Shown: positions 55,601 through 64,000 of the stretch, in pieces
Position numbering within the stretch: position 1 is the first letter of the stretch
Layout: each line of letters begins with the position of its first letter
Virus record (IMG/VR): IMGVR_UViG_3300044701_003953
Coordinates: 143,521-207,520 of that record
Reading direction: 5' to 3' (one strand)
DNA length: 64,000 bases
The notes under the pieces: model-generated
Database searches by the model: none
Told to the model about the DNA's origin: nothing
The model's input: only the letters and a program-made list of their open reading frames with translations
Made by a program: the position numbers and the translations under genes

Positions 55601-57432
55601 ATAGATCGTCCAACCGTTGATGTACCCGGTACATAAGAAAGATCGAGTATAAAACTCTCTGCTTGAGCAGGAGATAACACTTTTCTCTGCGAAATTAATT
55701 TCTTTTCCGCTGTAATGATAAATTCATATGTTTTGATTTCTTCTTGCTGTGGTTCAAGGTACCCGTGCAACCAACCGTTTTCATCTAACGACAACGCCGG
55801 AGGCAATTTACTTTCTCCTTCGTCGAATACGGTACCGTCACGATCAAAACCTATTCCTGTTTCGTTTGCTGGATCTATCTCGGGGTAGGTCAAAGTCAAC
55901 CCAACAAAATATTTCCCTTGGGGCAACGGATCTGTAAATTTGAGTTGCTGTCCGCGATCCAGCACAACATAGTCAACATCGACGTCGAGCTCAACGATAT
56001 CGGGATCTTGGTCATCGTCCTCTTCGCTGTCGGGTTTAAATAATCCAAAAATATTAAATTCTGCGACTTCGGGAAAATTAGAATAAATGTTAACCGATGT
56101 GTTTCCGAGGTTCTTTAATGTGTAATTGGAACTGACATCAGGAGGATAATTTAGCAAGGAAACGTGATCTTGATTGACTTGATAAATTATTTCTCGATGG
56201 CTGATTATTTCACCTTCCTTGTAGTTCTTTGCTGGAGTCCATTCGGGTATACCAGCCAACAAAAGATTGTCGGTGCTACCATCAGAATAAAATTCTACGT
56301 ATGTGTCTTGGGAAAACCCAATTGATCTTACTGCGTTTTTATCGAAACCGGATCCGCCACTAGTAGAGATCGACCAAGTCAAATCGTCTCCATTGAAATC
56401 AATGGCATCAAATTTAAAAGCAAAATTGTTTTCTTGCCGAAGAGTTGGTAAATTTCCGGCTGGCGTAATGATCACTGGTAAGTAACGATTATCGTGGTCG
56501 ACAGTGAGAGAATTGTTATCGGCGGTGATAGCGATTTTTTGTATCTGATACAAACGATAGATCGACGATGTATCGGGCGTGATATCTTCACGCGATAGCA
56601 CATCTTCGTTAGCGACATAAAGCAGATCTTGATATCTTAATATCGTACCACGTGTGTATGGCGTGTTAGGTCTCCACTTGTAGATCACTCCGTTAATAAA
56701 GTGATCTTGGTCGGCTGTAAATAGACCTTTTGATGCTACGCTGATGACGTAATTCAAGGAGTCGACGTTAGCACCGTCTGAAACTTCGACAGTAAAAGTA
56801 TAGGCTCGGTTTCTAGATTTCCCCAATGAATCGTATGGTACATCATCGAAGAAAGTCCTCACCGACGCATTGTTAGGATTATAGGTATCGTAGCCCGGTG
56901 TTATCGAGGCATATTCGTCGGTTTCTCTTAGTATGTAACCTGAGATGAGCCCCGAGCTCGACATGATTACTCCGGGTGGCAACTGTCCTTTTGTGATTTT
57001 CCATTTTAAGTCGGCATTAGGATTCTCTTCTACCGCACGTAATTGCTTTTGGAAATAAGTCCCGTCGAATACATTGCCAAGGTTGTTTATCCTGGGAGTA
57101 ATCACCGGAGGAAAAACATTATTGACTGAAAGGAAAAATGTTCGATCGACTACGGTGCCTTGTTGTGTGGTTGCACGGATAGTGAAACGATATTCTCTTG
57201 TTTCGTCGACTTCGATGGGATCAAGTACTACTGGTACACCCTGTAGCATTCCGGAGCGCACTATTTGTATACCGGGAGGTAGTTCTCCAGATTGGAATGT
57301 AAATCTCACAGATTCATCGGCTGTTGACGATCCGTCGGTACTTACTTCTAATCGTTTTTCATAGAAAAACAACTCGGGTATTGATCCCAAGTTTCCCGCG
57401 GCGGTGATCCAACGGGGTCTAGACATTACCAA
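52660..57432 (-). CDS. Large baseplate wedge-like protein with Ig-like repeats
   Basis: Repeated GxLPPG..SG.ISG Ig/cadherin-like modules; 1590 aa; structural gene context. Confidence 0.65.
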   Translation of the reverse strand: MVMSRPRWITAAGNLGSIPELFFYEKRLEVSTDGSSTADESVRFTFQSGELPPGIQIVRSGMLQGVPVVLDPIEVDETREYRFTIRATTQQGTVVDRTFFLSVNNVFPPVITPRINNLGNVFDGTYFQKQLRAVEENPNADLKWKITKGQLPPGVIMSSSGLISGYILRETDEYASITPGYDTYNPNNASVRTFFDDVPYDSLGKSRNRAYTFTVEVSDGANVDSLNYVISVASKGLFTADQDHFINGVIYKWRPNTPYTRGTILRYQDLLYVANEDVLSREDITPDTSSIYRLYQIQKIAITADNNSLTVDHDNRYLPVIITPAGNLPTLRQENNFAFKFDAIDFNGDDLTWSISTSGGSGFDKNAVRSIGFSQDTYVEFYSDGSTDNLLLAGIPEWTPAKNYKEGEIISHREIIYQVNQDHVSLLNYPPDVSSNYTLKNLGNTSVNIYSNFPEVAEFNIFGLFKPDSEEDDDQDPDIVELDVDVDYVVLDRGQQLKFTDPLPQGKYFVGLTLTYPEIDPANETGIGFDRDGTVFDEGESKLPPALSLDENGWLHGYLEPQQEEIKTYEFIITAEKKLISQRKVLSPAQAESFILDLSYVPGTSTVGRSIIVGGIPEGTKILREEIVNTGTIDDPAMITRVVLDQALISDIGVGDIVILRSSTAEGLYRSEPIQYSLTVLGSLTDRIIWKTPENLGSVVNGSISELKIEAVSELGQTVKYSLVSGPESRLPQALSLQLINDGIISGRATFRYFQLDKDNTTFDKNRTRFDNLYQFDVKAETANIKKIYKSSGLNVSPKKVSETISLDGYTSTVSWTEVSYPNKIFLAYSGSSDFRLKEISGKNISPNTIIVGQFKKIDDNGAVYTELILNQLLLGEIREGDLVYILDGVVSSVKRFKLRLDPVHKKPFENLYFKAFPTLEQRQKFFEIINDQDIFPDELIYRRSDPWFGKATTIKFLSAAGINASDLNDYIAAIEKNHYWKQINFGEIKTAVAVDEFYNTKYEVVYIEIIDPNNLSEAPVSEQVELRGKPYIGHNGILVAQSSSGSQINLYRSPSEDIVGATLTGPGILPGTKILSVSESLVTVSRPVPTFTSKTNLTYQFENQTIYPSTFANMNNNLINALGYQARGVFPDWMTSVQPDRTVLGFRRAVVLAYTVPGAAKLIAYRLKNKGIRFDEVEFTIDRYQLDSALSKYFVPSIGEFKNSKETTFDRLTLGPGVHGGGIVEYAVEQSFDSINKRTVQYIKDNGGIDGIKSFEHGELLVFARQEEYDNPTGPFDGWVDYQNFYIGDIPNDGSDIEAVGQDSEGTDTKFGFDAYSVIPGIKNKALTVESQMLRAGANAGDTELVLPWLLGVSYLGKSVSALGIADGTQIIAQSINYENNEVSVTLNKPLVKSVSPGITILLRSTVTSVSFDENYDLDAETITYGVAVDRIPLGISNGMRLFGPKIPANTYVVDVRDNILITNNDLSAVSPGTVISYEIDNQRGGIWRINISDEDLVTLEFVREVVFGEKIKVLNGVTNGFTFMVYDTNISGSQTVPTYRRWKTDVETSGGYTVFDRNGTRFFDNRDNYQGPETDDKYLKFPQIGVFE

Positions 57433-58322
57433 CTCCCAGTGTCTTTGGGAAATCTAATCCATTGAGTGTCGGCATAGATGTAAAAATAATTTTCGTCCCA
57501 AGATAATTGTCCAGGTGTGCCGCTGTCTGACGATGAGGACGGTATATAAAAATTTGCCACAGATACATTAGACAAAAACTTGGCTGTGCCGCCAATGTTT
57601 AAATTCCCAGTGATACCAGCACCGCCACGCACTTGTAAGGACCCAGAGTTAATATCAGTTGATGGACTGTTTCCTGAACCGACGATAGTACCGCCTATCA
57701 ATCGACTGGCTTGATTGATGCCATATCCTGGCTCCATCACGATATTTCCGTTAAACCATCTTGTAGTTCCGTTGATCAATCCAGTTAAATTTATATCAGT
57801 AGTATCTAATGTACCAACAAACACGCTTCCTGCAGCCGACAGATTACCCTCAAGGATTGTATCGACGTCAATAGTCAATGAAGCGTCGGATGTAATTTTT
57901 TCTATGCTTATCAATCTCGCAGAGATTTCATCTGATGTGGCCAAGGTTGATGTAATCGTTCCAGTATCAACACTGGCTGTGGTCACTTTCTGTACGGAAA
58001 CATTTCCACCAATAGTAAGGTTTCCGGAGATTGTCGCAGATCCGCCAATATTGAGGTTTCCAGCTATACCGGTTCCGCCGTTAACGATCAATGCTCCGCT
58101 ATTAACATCGGTACTGGCGCTGGGATCTAGTATTTCAACGGCACTGGTCACAGTCCCGCCGGAAAATGTTGCTTCGATATCTCTCACAGATTCGCTGATT
58201 TGCTCAATGATATAGGTATCATAGAGTTCGGTAAAATTGCTGTTGACTGCATCAAAGGCTTCCTTGATGCTCATACCAGCGCCCGAGTTAGATGGTGTGT
58301 TTCTAATTACTATTCTTGCCAT
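57426..58322 (-). CDS. Tail fibre/spike-like protein
   Basis: AF..VNSNFTELY N-terminus (gp9/gp10-like), repeated SGAL.V.GG.GI.GNLNIGG, C-terminal G..GQ..WD..Y.Y module. Confidence 0.65.
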   Translation of the reverse strand: MARIVIRNTPSNSGAGMSIKEAFDAVNSNFTELYDTYIIEQISESVRDIEATFSGGTVTSAVEILDPSASTDVNSGALIVNGGTGIAGNLNIGGSATISGNLTIGGNVSVQKVTTASVDTGTITSTLATSDEISARLISIEKITSDASLTIDVDTILEGNLSAAGSVFVGTLDTTDINLTGLINGTTRWFNGNIVMEPGYGINQASRLIGGTIVGSGNSPSTDINSGSLQVRGGAGITGNLNIGGTAKFLSNVSVANFYIPSSSSDSGTPGQLSWDENYFYIYADTQWIRFPKDTGSW

Positions 58323-58352
58323 GTTTATGTCATCCGTTTTTGATATTTATGG

Positions 58353-61352
58353 TTACCAAGTATCGCTTCCCCATGCCACACGCCGCCAGATATCGGTGAC
58401 ACCATCGTAGTCAGAGGTACAGTAGTAGTGATAGTTGGCGTCATTTGCGATCATACCTGTGACATCACCTGCTTGTCCTAGGCTGGTCACGGGAACAGTT
58501 GTTACTTTAGAAACTTGATCGATTAGTGCTACAGCAGTACCAGATACCAAGAGTTCTCCAGTGGATGTGACTGCTAATGCGTTGGCAGGGGCGTCTTGGT
58601 CAAACGTCAACCATGCATGACCGAGAGCGTCGTTCTTGAAGATACCAAATCGTGCATGTTCGGTGGTGTCGCTGGTATTGCTGCCAGCACCAATGCCGTC
58701 GTTCCAATCCCATTGCAGAGAAGCAGTTCCAGAAATATTGTCGTTGCCATACGTGATAGCGACACCAACAGTGGGTTCGCTGTCATTGACTGATCCGATA
58801 TGTAGAGTCAAACCTGGGTTGCTTTGTTTGATACCGACTCGATCGTTCATGACGATTTCGCCTGCACCATTGGCATCAATGGTGATGCTACTATCCGTAG
58901 TGGATACACCAATGGTGTTGTTGGCGAAGGTAAAATTGCTGGTAGGCTTGTTGACGAGATCGTTGTAGTCACCGCTGGTGGCTACGGTTGCTAAGACTGG
59001 AGCACCAGCGAGACTGGAATACTGACCATCAAAGGCATCGGTGATTCCATAGCCATCAAGAGTGGATGGCAAACCAGTGAGTTTTGCGAAGGCCAATTCT
59101 GAATCTGCGGTGAGATATGATCCCAGATCTGAGATCTGGCTTTCTGTGATAGAGATGTTGGCCTGATGTTGCGTGACGCTAGAAGAACTGACGTAAGAGT
59201 CAGGTACGGTAGCCCAAGTCACTGCGGCTGTGAGATCATTGGTTTCTGTATAGGATGTGAGATAGTTAGCGTCGTTGACAAAAGAACTTACATTAGTCGG
59301 CAGATCTTCGAGATCGAGGTAACTGCCCGAAGTGGCGACTGGCGCTAAAGATACAGCATCGACCTTGCCAGCGACGTCGCTGGCTACTAGATAACCTGCA
59401 TCGTTGCTGAACACACTGACTACCGAAGGGATAGTCGGTATCGTGGGAAGATTATTTAGATCATTATAGTTATTAGTTGTAGCAACAAGAGATAAATCGG
59501 CTATGTTGGCTTTGAGTGCTAATCCACTGGTCGCGGATGCAGAAAGATTAGTGATGGCATTGTTGAGGTTGCTGTCGGCTCCCTGGAATGCAGCTACTAT
59601 TTCTGCTAGTGAATCGAGTGCGGCCGGATCGACATTGTTGGTAATATTATCAATCTGATCTTGTAGCTCTTGGTCAGCCGAGGATCTCTGTGACGCTTCG
59701 TCATCTAACGACGATTGTGTCACCAAATCCTGTGGAATTTCTTTGAGTTGGTTATAATATCCTGAAAATGCCTGTCCATCACCAAAAATGATGCTTTGCC
59801 CGACGATCAATGAGTTGTTAGTCGTTATGTCACCGGCATTGTAAAGAATAGCAGTAGGATCTTCAGAGAGTATGCTGTAACGATTTTCGATCACAGAAGT
59901 ACCCAATGATCTCGCCCACGAATTTGAACTATTGCTACGATAAGGCAGATAAAGTCCTGCGGCATTTTTTACCGTAGCTGCACCGGTGGAGTTGTCAGTC
60001 AATATAGATGGTACAAATCCAGCAGCAACATCCACTATGGAATCCTCGTCGCTGGTTGACATCAACTGGGCTCCAGCGATAAATCCCACTAGCATTCCTT
60101 TGTCGGTGTCGGTGTCTCCGGTGGTCGTGGTGTCGATTACATCTAGCGCACCAGTGGTAGGTTTAGCGAATGCGAAAGATGAACCTCCCGATAGTTGGCT
60201 GATCGTACCTTTTCCGATGGCACTAGCTGAAAATGCTGTTCCTGATATCGTAGCAAACTTAGTCCATGCGTCCCAAGTTTGGCCATCTAGTATAATGTCA
60301 ACTGTTGAGTTGAAACCTCTTAGTCTGTCATACTTAGTAAGATCTTCAGTGACACGCACTTGCGTGACGAAACTATGACCAATTTCGGTATAGTTTTGTG
60401 TATTTGTAGAACCGTTGCTGACTAAATCTTTAGCTGTTACAAATAATGCACCAACAGGATCGTAGGTCTTGAAAAAAGTATCGCTGTAAGATGTTCCTTC
60501 GCTAGAGACATCAAGAGAGGCTCCGTTGGTTATCACCAACCGACCTTGCTGATCGATCGTGACGAAATTTCCCTGTTGGGCGATTATATCTTCGACTTCA
60601 GTTCGATCAACTTTGTCTGCGAGCGCCTGATCAATGGCCTCTACTGTTGATATGCTGGCCTTGGTCGCAAGTTCGTCGATTATGTCATTGACTGTTGATG
60701 TGTTGGCCTTGGTCGCAAGTTCGTCGATTATGTCATTGACTGTTGACACATCGGCCTTGTTGTTTTCTAATAGAGTGTCATTAGCCTGCAAAGATGCAAC
60801 ATTGGCAGATATAGCAGTTATTTGTATTTGTAAATCAGTGTCGCTAGAAATCCTAGCGGAAATTTCTTCATCAAGGCCAGAACTGGTTCCGATACTCAAG
60901 GACTCGATGCTGCTTTCAACGGCATAAATTCGGCTGGAAATATTGGCTGCGAATCCAGCATCGTCATTTAATGCCTCTGCTAGTTCTCTGAGGCTGTTTA
61001 GGTTGCTGGGTGCTGAGTCGATCAGATTGCTGATCGATGTTCCGATCTTGTCATCGATCACAGACGATAGCAGAGATACTTTATTATCGGTGTAGTTCCT
61101 TGATGCAGCGATAGCGTACTCGGCTTTGGTGTCTGCGTATCCTTGAGATGCCGCCCCAGTGATATCCGATACTGTGAGTAAAACATCGCCAACTTGGTCG
61201 TTTACGCTCATCACCGCAGAATTAACAGTGATTTCAAATCTGCTTTCTGCTATGTTAGCGAAATTCTGGTTGATCTTTTCAAAGGCCCTACGCAGAGAAT
61301 CGCCGTCCCCGGTACTGTTACCTGAACCGATGTTTACGTTCGAAAATGACAT
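58353..61352 (-). CDS. Long tail fibre-like protein
   Basis: GDGDSLRRAFEKINQNF, SVN..VGDV.L, AP..LD.L.E.A, repeated VATSG.Y.DL and S.F.NDAGYL. Confidence 0.75.
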   Translation of the reverse strand: MSFSNVNIGSGNSTGDGDSLRRAFEKINQNFANIAESRFEITVNSAVMSVNDQVGDVLLTVSDITGAASQGYADTKAEYAIAASRNYTDNKVSLLSSVIDDKIGTSISNLIDSAPSNLNSLRELAEALNDDAGFAANISSRIYAVESSIESLSIGTSSGLDEEISARISSDTDLQIQITAISANVASLQANDTLLENNKADVSTVNDIIDELATKANTSTVNDIIDELATKASISTVEAIDQALADKVDRTEVEDIIAQQGNFVTIDQQGRLVITNGASLDVSSEGTSYSDTFFKTYDPVGALFVTAKDLVSNGSTNTQNYTEIGHSFVTQVRVTEDLTKYDRLRGFNSTVDIILDGQTWDAWTKFATISGTAFSASAIGKGTISQLSGGSSFAFAKPTTGALDVIDTTTTGDTDTDKGMLVGFIAGAQLMSTSDEDSIVDVAAGFVPSILTDNSTGAATVKNAAGLYLPYRSNSSNSWARSLGTSVIENRYSILSEDPTAILYNAGDITTNNSLIVGQSIIFGDGQAFSGYYNQLKEIPQDLVTQSSLDDEASQRSSADQELQDQIDNITNNVDPAALDSLAEIVAAFQGADSNLNNAITNLSASATSGLALKANIADLSLVATTNNYNDLNNLPTIPTIPSVVSVFSNDAGYLVASDVAGKVDAVSLAPVATSGSYLDLEDLPTNVSSFVNDANYLTSYTETNDLTAAVTWATVPDSYVSSSSVTQHQANISITESQISDLGSYLTADSELAFAKLTGLPSTLDGYGITDAFDGQYSSLAGAPVLATVATSGDYNDLVNKPTSNFTFANNTIGVSTTDSSITIDANGAGEIVMNDRVGIKQSNPGLTLHIGSVNDSEPTVGVAITYGNDNISGTASLQWDWNDGIGAGSNTSDTTEHARFGIFKNDALGHAWLTFDQDAPANALAVTSTGELLVSGTAVALIDQVSKVTTVPVTSLGQAGDVTGMIANDANYHYYCTSDYDGVTDIWRRVAWGSDTW
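60656..60746. repeat. In-frame tandem duplication, 48-bp period (43 bp identical)
   Basis: STVNDIIDELATKA is encoded twice. Confidence 0.9.
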
Positions 61353-61355
61353 ATT

Positions 61356-61391
61356 ACCATCCTTTTATATACTATTTATCGAAAGGATGGT
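61356..61391 (-). promoter_or_regulatory. Hairpin covering the SD, with a late promoter in its loop
   Basis: ACCATCCTTT-cGATAAATAgtatata-AAAGGATGGT-aat-ATG. Confidence 0.7.
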
Positions 61392-61436
61392 GGTTCGTGG
61401 AATTGGTGGGATTTAAACTGGGTGTTTAATGAGCTA

Positions 61437-61988
61437 TCAAGTACGTTGATTGATCACGGACCAATCCATGATCTTCCAGAGTGAATCGATATATTTTTTC
61501 TTGTCGCTGTGATAATCCATCTGGAAAGCGTGTTCCCACATGTCGATGATGATGACTATGCCGTCGCTGGGAATACGATGATTCTTGATTTGTTTGAGCT
61601 TGCCTTGACGATTCACATACACCCAGCCCGACCCTTGTACTTTCATGCACTCTTCAGTGATGGCTTTTTTGAAAGTGACAAAATCACCATACTCCCTGTT
61701 GATCATGTCTAGGATTCGCCCAGTGGGGCGATTACTGGCTGAACGTGTTTTGAACTGGCTAAAATAAAGATCGTGTAAGCGGGCCCCGGCTTCGTTGAAA
61801 GTGCAATCACCTTCCTTGGCATTGTAGCGGGTGACATAGCCCTTGTAGAGTTTTCCATAATGCAGTTGCATCAAGGCCGAACTCAATACAGGAGTGAAAC
61901 TGTTCATGCCCCCAGGCAGTTTGACCATTTCCAGGGTTTGGGAGTTCTTTGATTCTAGTAGATCAATGATTTCACGTATTTCATTCAT
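61437..61988 (-). CDS. Fe/Mn superoxide dismutase
   Basis: HYGK..Y, FNEAG..LH, GSGW, DMWEHAF; all four metal ligands appear present. Confidence 0.85.
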   Translation of the reverse strand: MNEIREIIDLLESKNSQTLEMVKLPGGMNSFTPVLSSALMQLHYGKLYKGYVTRYNAKEGDCTFNEAGARLHDLYFSQFKTRSASNRPTGRILDMINREYGDFVTFKKAITEECMKVQGSGWVYVNRQGKLKQIKNHRIPSDGIVIIIDMWEHAFQMDYHSDKKKYIDSLWKIMDWSVINQRT

Positions 61989-61994
61989 GATCTA

Positions 61995-62213
61995 TTATTT
62001 ATTGCGATATGTTATACGTCCTCGATTGAGATCGTAAGTACTCATCTCAACGTCAACTGTATCGCCCATGAGTATCTTGATGTTATGCTGTCTTAGTTTG
62101 CCGCCCAAATATGCGACTATGACGTGTTTGTTTTCTAATTCCACCTTGAACGTAGCATTAGGTAGTAGTTCAAGAACAGTACCAGTTACTGTGAGAGTGT
62201 CATCTCTTGCCAT
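61995..62213 (-). CDS. infA: Translation initiation factor IF-1
   Basis: [21 protein letters not shown]...I.I..GD.V.VEMS.YDL.RGRI.YR. Confidence 0.95.
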   Translation of the reverse strand: MARDDTLTVTGTVLELLPNATFKVELENKHVIVAYLGGKLRQHNIKILMGDTVDVEMSTYDLNRGRITYRNK

Positions 62214-62246
62214 GTGTTAGTTTTAATCTCCTGATAAAGTATGTAT

Positions 62247-63065
62247 TTAATCTAACTCTATTAATTTGGGCTGGAAAGTCTGGGCTTGTGACTCATATCC
62301 CATATAACCGCGCGGATTACACACGATACGGGTATCTCCGATCATGTAATCGAAATCAAAATGGGTATGACCGTGTGTCCACAGCGCGATGTCGGGTCGG
62401 TCTAGGATGAACTCGTCCATGTCGCTGTGGAACGCACCGTTCATGACTTTGTCATGGCGATACAGATCGTGGATGCTCTGTAGGCTAGGGCTATGGTGTG
62501 TGACTACCACTACACGACGGTCGATGATGCCCCAGCCATGTCGCTCTTCGATCACATGCTTGATGTAGGCTCGCATCTGGCGATGGTCTTCTGCGGTATG
62601 TCGTGGCAGTAGTTTCCACACGTTCGTGTCGTTGGTATTCTTACACGCACGATAGTCGTTCATCAATGCTTCTACGGAATGTACGGTGATGGGGTCGCCG
62701 CGGTTCAGGTCAGTCCAGAGAGTGCCACCGATGAAGGTATAGCCCCCGATGTCCACGGAGCTTTTTTCTAGCAAATGGATGTTCCGCAATTCTAGCTGAT
62801 CGAATATATCTTGTAGTTGGCTCTGGCTTTTAGCGAAGTCACCGGAGTAATGTTCATGGTTGCCCATGACATAGATCACGTGGGGGAAGTCCCGGGAGAC
62901 ACGCTGGAAGAAATTCCTGTAGCGTTCGCCACGCTCGGAATCTTTGTTGATGTGATGTGCCGTACAGATATCGCCGCCAAGGATGAGCACATCCACTCCA
63001 TCGCGGTTTTCAATGTTTAAGTCTGCGAACTCAAGGTGTAGGTCGCTGGTTTGATACAGTTTCAT
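62247..63065 (-). CDS. Calcineurin-like metallophosphoesterase
   Basis: SDLH, GD, GNHE, THH, HGHTH, NPRGY. Confidence 0.9.
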   Translation of the reverse strand: MKLYQTSDLHLEFADLNIENRDGVDVLILGGDICTAHHINKDSERGERYRNFFQRVSRDFPHVIYVMGNHEHYSGDFAKSQSQLQDIFDQLELRNIHLLEKSSVDIGGYTFIGGTLWTDLNRGDPITVHSVEALMNDYRACKNTNDTNVWKLLPRHTAEDHRQMRAYIKHVIEERHGWGIIDRRVVVVTHHSPSLQSIHDLYRHDKVMNGAFHSDMDEFILDRPDIALWTHGHTHFDFDYMIGDTRIVCNPRGYMGYESQAQTFQPKLIELD

Positions 63066-63306
63066 TTTTTTCCATCTCTTGTTTCATCTTGTTCATCATC
63101 GAAGCCATCTTGGATATCGCTTGGTCGATGTCTACTTCGGCCCGGACGTTCTCGGGCATACACACCGCACGTCCCAGTGACGAATTTGAGCTATTAAACG
63201 TCTTCGCGAAAGATTCGCATTGTGTCTGTGTTTTGAACTGTGCGAAGTGCTGGATCTTGCCATCGTTGGTAAACAACACCAACACGAAAATGAGTTTAGT
63301 CATCAT
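63031..63306 (-). CDS. Hypothetical protein
   Basis: AAGGAG SD; hydrophobic N-terminus and two Cys. Confidence 0.55.
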   Translation of the reverse strand: MMTKLIFVLVLFTNDGKIQHFAQFKTQTQCESFAKTFNSSNSSLGRAVCMPENVRAEVDIDQAISKMASMMNKMKQEMEKNETVSNQRPTP

Positions 63307-63316
63307 GTCAGTCTCC

Positions 63317-63448
63317 TTAACCGAACCATTTGCGACAACCCGGGAAACGATCTTTCACTGGTTCCCAGATATGCCTTTCTACTCGGCCGAACACAGCGGG
63401 CCTGGGGATCAACCAACCTACAGCGATACCTACGATCAATGTAAACAT
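63317..63448 (-). CDS. Small membrane protein (43 aa, not in the ORF track)
   Basis: MFTLIVGIAVGWLIPRP..; GAGGAG SD. Confidence 0.5.
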   Translation of the reverse strand: MFTLIVGIAVGWLIPRPAVFGRVERHIWEPVKDRFPGCRKWFG

Positions 63449-63450
63449 CG

Positions 63451-63861
63451 TTATCTCCTCATGTGTGCGATGGCTACCGCTTCTTCGTCAGAAAAGATAG
63501 GTACCGCGTTGGATTTATGTAGAGTGCCGATACCTTTGATCTTGTCGCCGGTATAGACTTTCTGTGGGGGTAATGCCGCTACACCACCACCCGAATCACG
63601 ACTAGGTATGACTTGTGGCTCACGTCCAGGCGGATACTTAGGCCCGGACTGTAATGGGCGGAACGCACCGCGTGGCATCTGTTGTGCTGGCGACTTGTTC
63701 GAAAAGCGTGGAGCGAGTTTATCCCACGACTTCTGTAGTTCTTCCCACTCACGAGCTTCGCGCTCGGCCTTTTGCTTGGATTCCGAAGATGCCCACTTCT
63801 TGTGTGCCTTCTTAGAATACTTGGTGGTGGTCATCCAAGGGCCTTCAAGATGCATCGTCAT
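63451..63861 (-). CDS. Conserved T4-like hypothetical protein
   Basis: YTG..I.GIGTLHKSNAVPIFS..A. Confidence 0.7.
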   Translation of the reverse strand: MTMHLEGPWMTTTKYSKKAHKKWASSESKQKAEREAREWEELQKSWDKLAPRFSNKSPAQQMPRGAFRPLQSGPKYPPGREPQVIPSRDSGGGVAALPPQKVYTGDKIKGIGTLHKSNAVPIFSDEEAVAIAHMRR

Positions 63862-64000
63862 GCTTCTTCTCCTCTTCGTACTGTCGGATCATACGGTAAA
63901 CAGGTTCCATGCGTTCGGCGAACACTTCGGGAACCGCGTCTGACGCTCTTTGCATATCCCACTCTGTTGGGTAGTGTCGCAACAGTCGTCGGGCTTCGCC
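63845..64000 (-). CDS. C-terminal part of a hypothetical protein (BPSL0761-like)
   Basis: ..EARRLLRHYPTEWDM..; starts outside the window. Confidence 0.45.
   Translation of the reverse strand, partial: GEARRLLRHYPTEWDMQRASDAVPEVFAERMEPVYRMIRQYEEEKKHDDAS

Noticed and set aside
1-64000. The many 60-180 aa plus-strand ORFs in the track
   Set aside because: They are antisense shadows of motif-bearing minus-strand genes and have no SD or motifs. Only phoH and the dctP-like gene are credible on +.
1-64000. Stop-codon reassignment, as seen in some large phages
   Set aside because: Long conserved genes are intact in code 11, and TAG and TGA both end genes at sensible boundaries (e.g. TAG at 40819 just before a promoter, TGA ending aceA).
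1-64000. CRISPR array, tRNA genes, DGR/retron, introns or inteins
   Set aside because: By eye I found no spaced repeats, cloverleaf, reverse transcriptase or interrupted core gene, and the intergenic gaps are very short. tRNAscan/Infernal were not run.

Overview
This window is part of a large T4-like (myovirus-type, probably jumbo) dsDNA phage genome. Genes are densely packed, almost all on the minus strand, and read in the standard code. Going along the window: (1) a 7-deazaguanine/sugar module (folE start at the left edge, DegT-like, galE, GT-B glycosyltransferase, SDR, a QueD paralog with an LxxxHRHxF motif, a DpdA/TGT-like transglycosylase); (2) replication genes (sliding clamp, PolB) interleaved with a sulfotransferase, a radical SAM and a methyltransferase; (3) an AT-rich island holding a tandemly duplicated pair of an AsnB-like PP-loop enzyme and its partner; (4) aceA, a Cys-rich metallothionein-like peptide missing from the ORF track, dps and several apparent capsid-targeted polyproteins; (5) clpA, dnaJ and a lysis cassette (holin, spanins, GH19 endolysin); (6) a LuxR + TctA + 2x TctC-like island, phoH and a DctP-like protein with no signal peptide; (7) an early-promoter island (ParB-like, HNH, helicase-nuclease, degenerate methyltransferase, intact methyltransferase); (8) clamp loader, groES, a DnaE fragment, baseplate and tail-fibre genes, sod and infA. 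Sigma70-like early promoters, T4-like late promoters (TAAATA) and hairpins that cover ribosome-binding sites are visible. The strongest candidates for an undescribed system are the DpdA+DpdL-like+glycosyltransferase cluster, the duplicated AsnB-like modules, the TTT/LuxR island, the RM-like locus with a pseudo-methyltransferase, and the capsid-targeted enzyme cargo. All calls come from motifs read by eye; no database searches were run.
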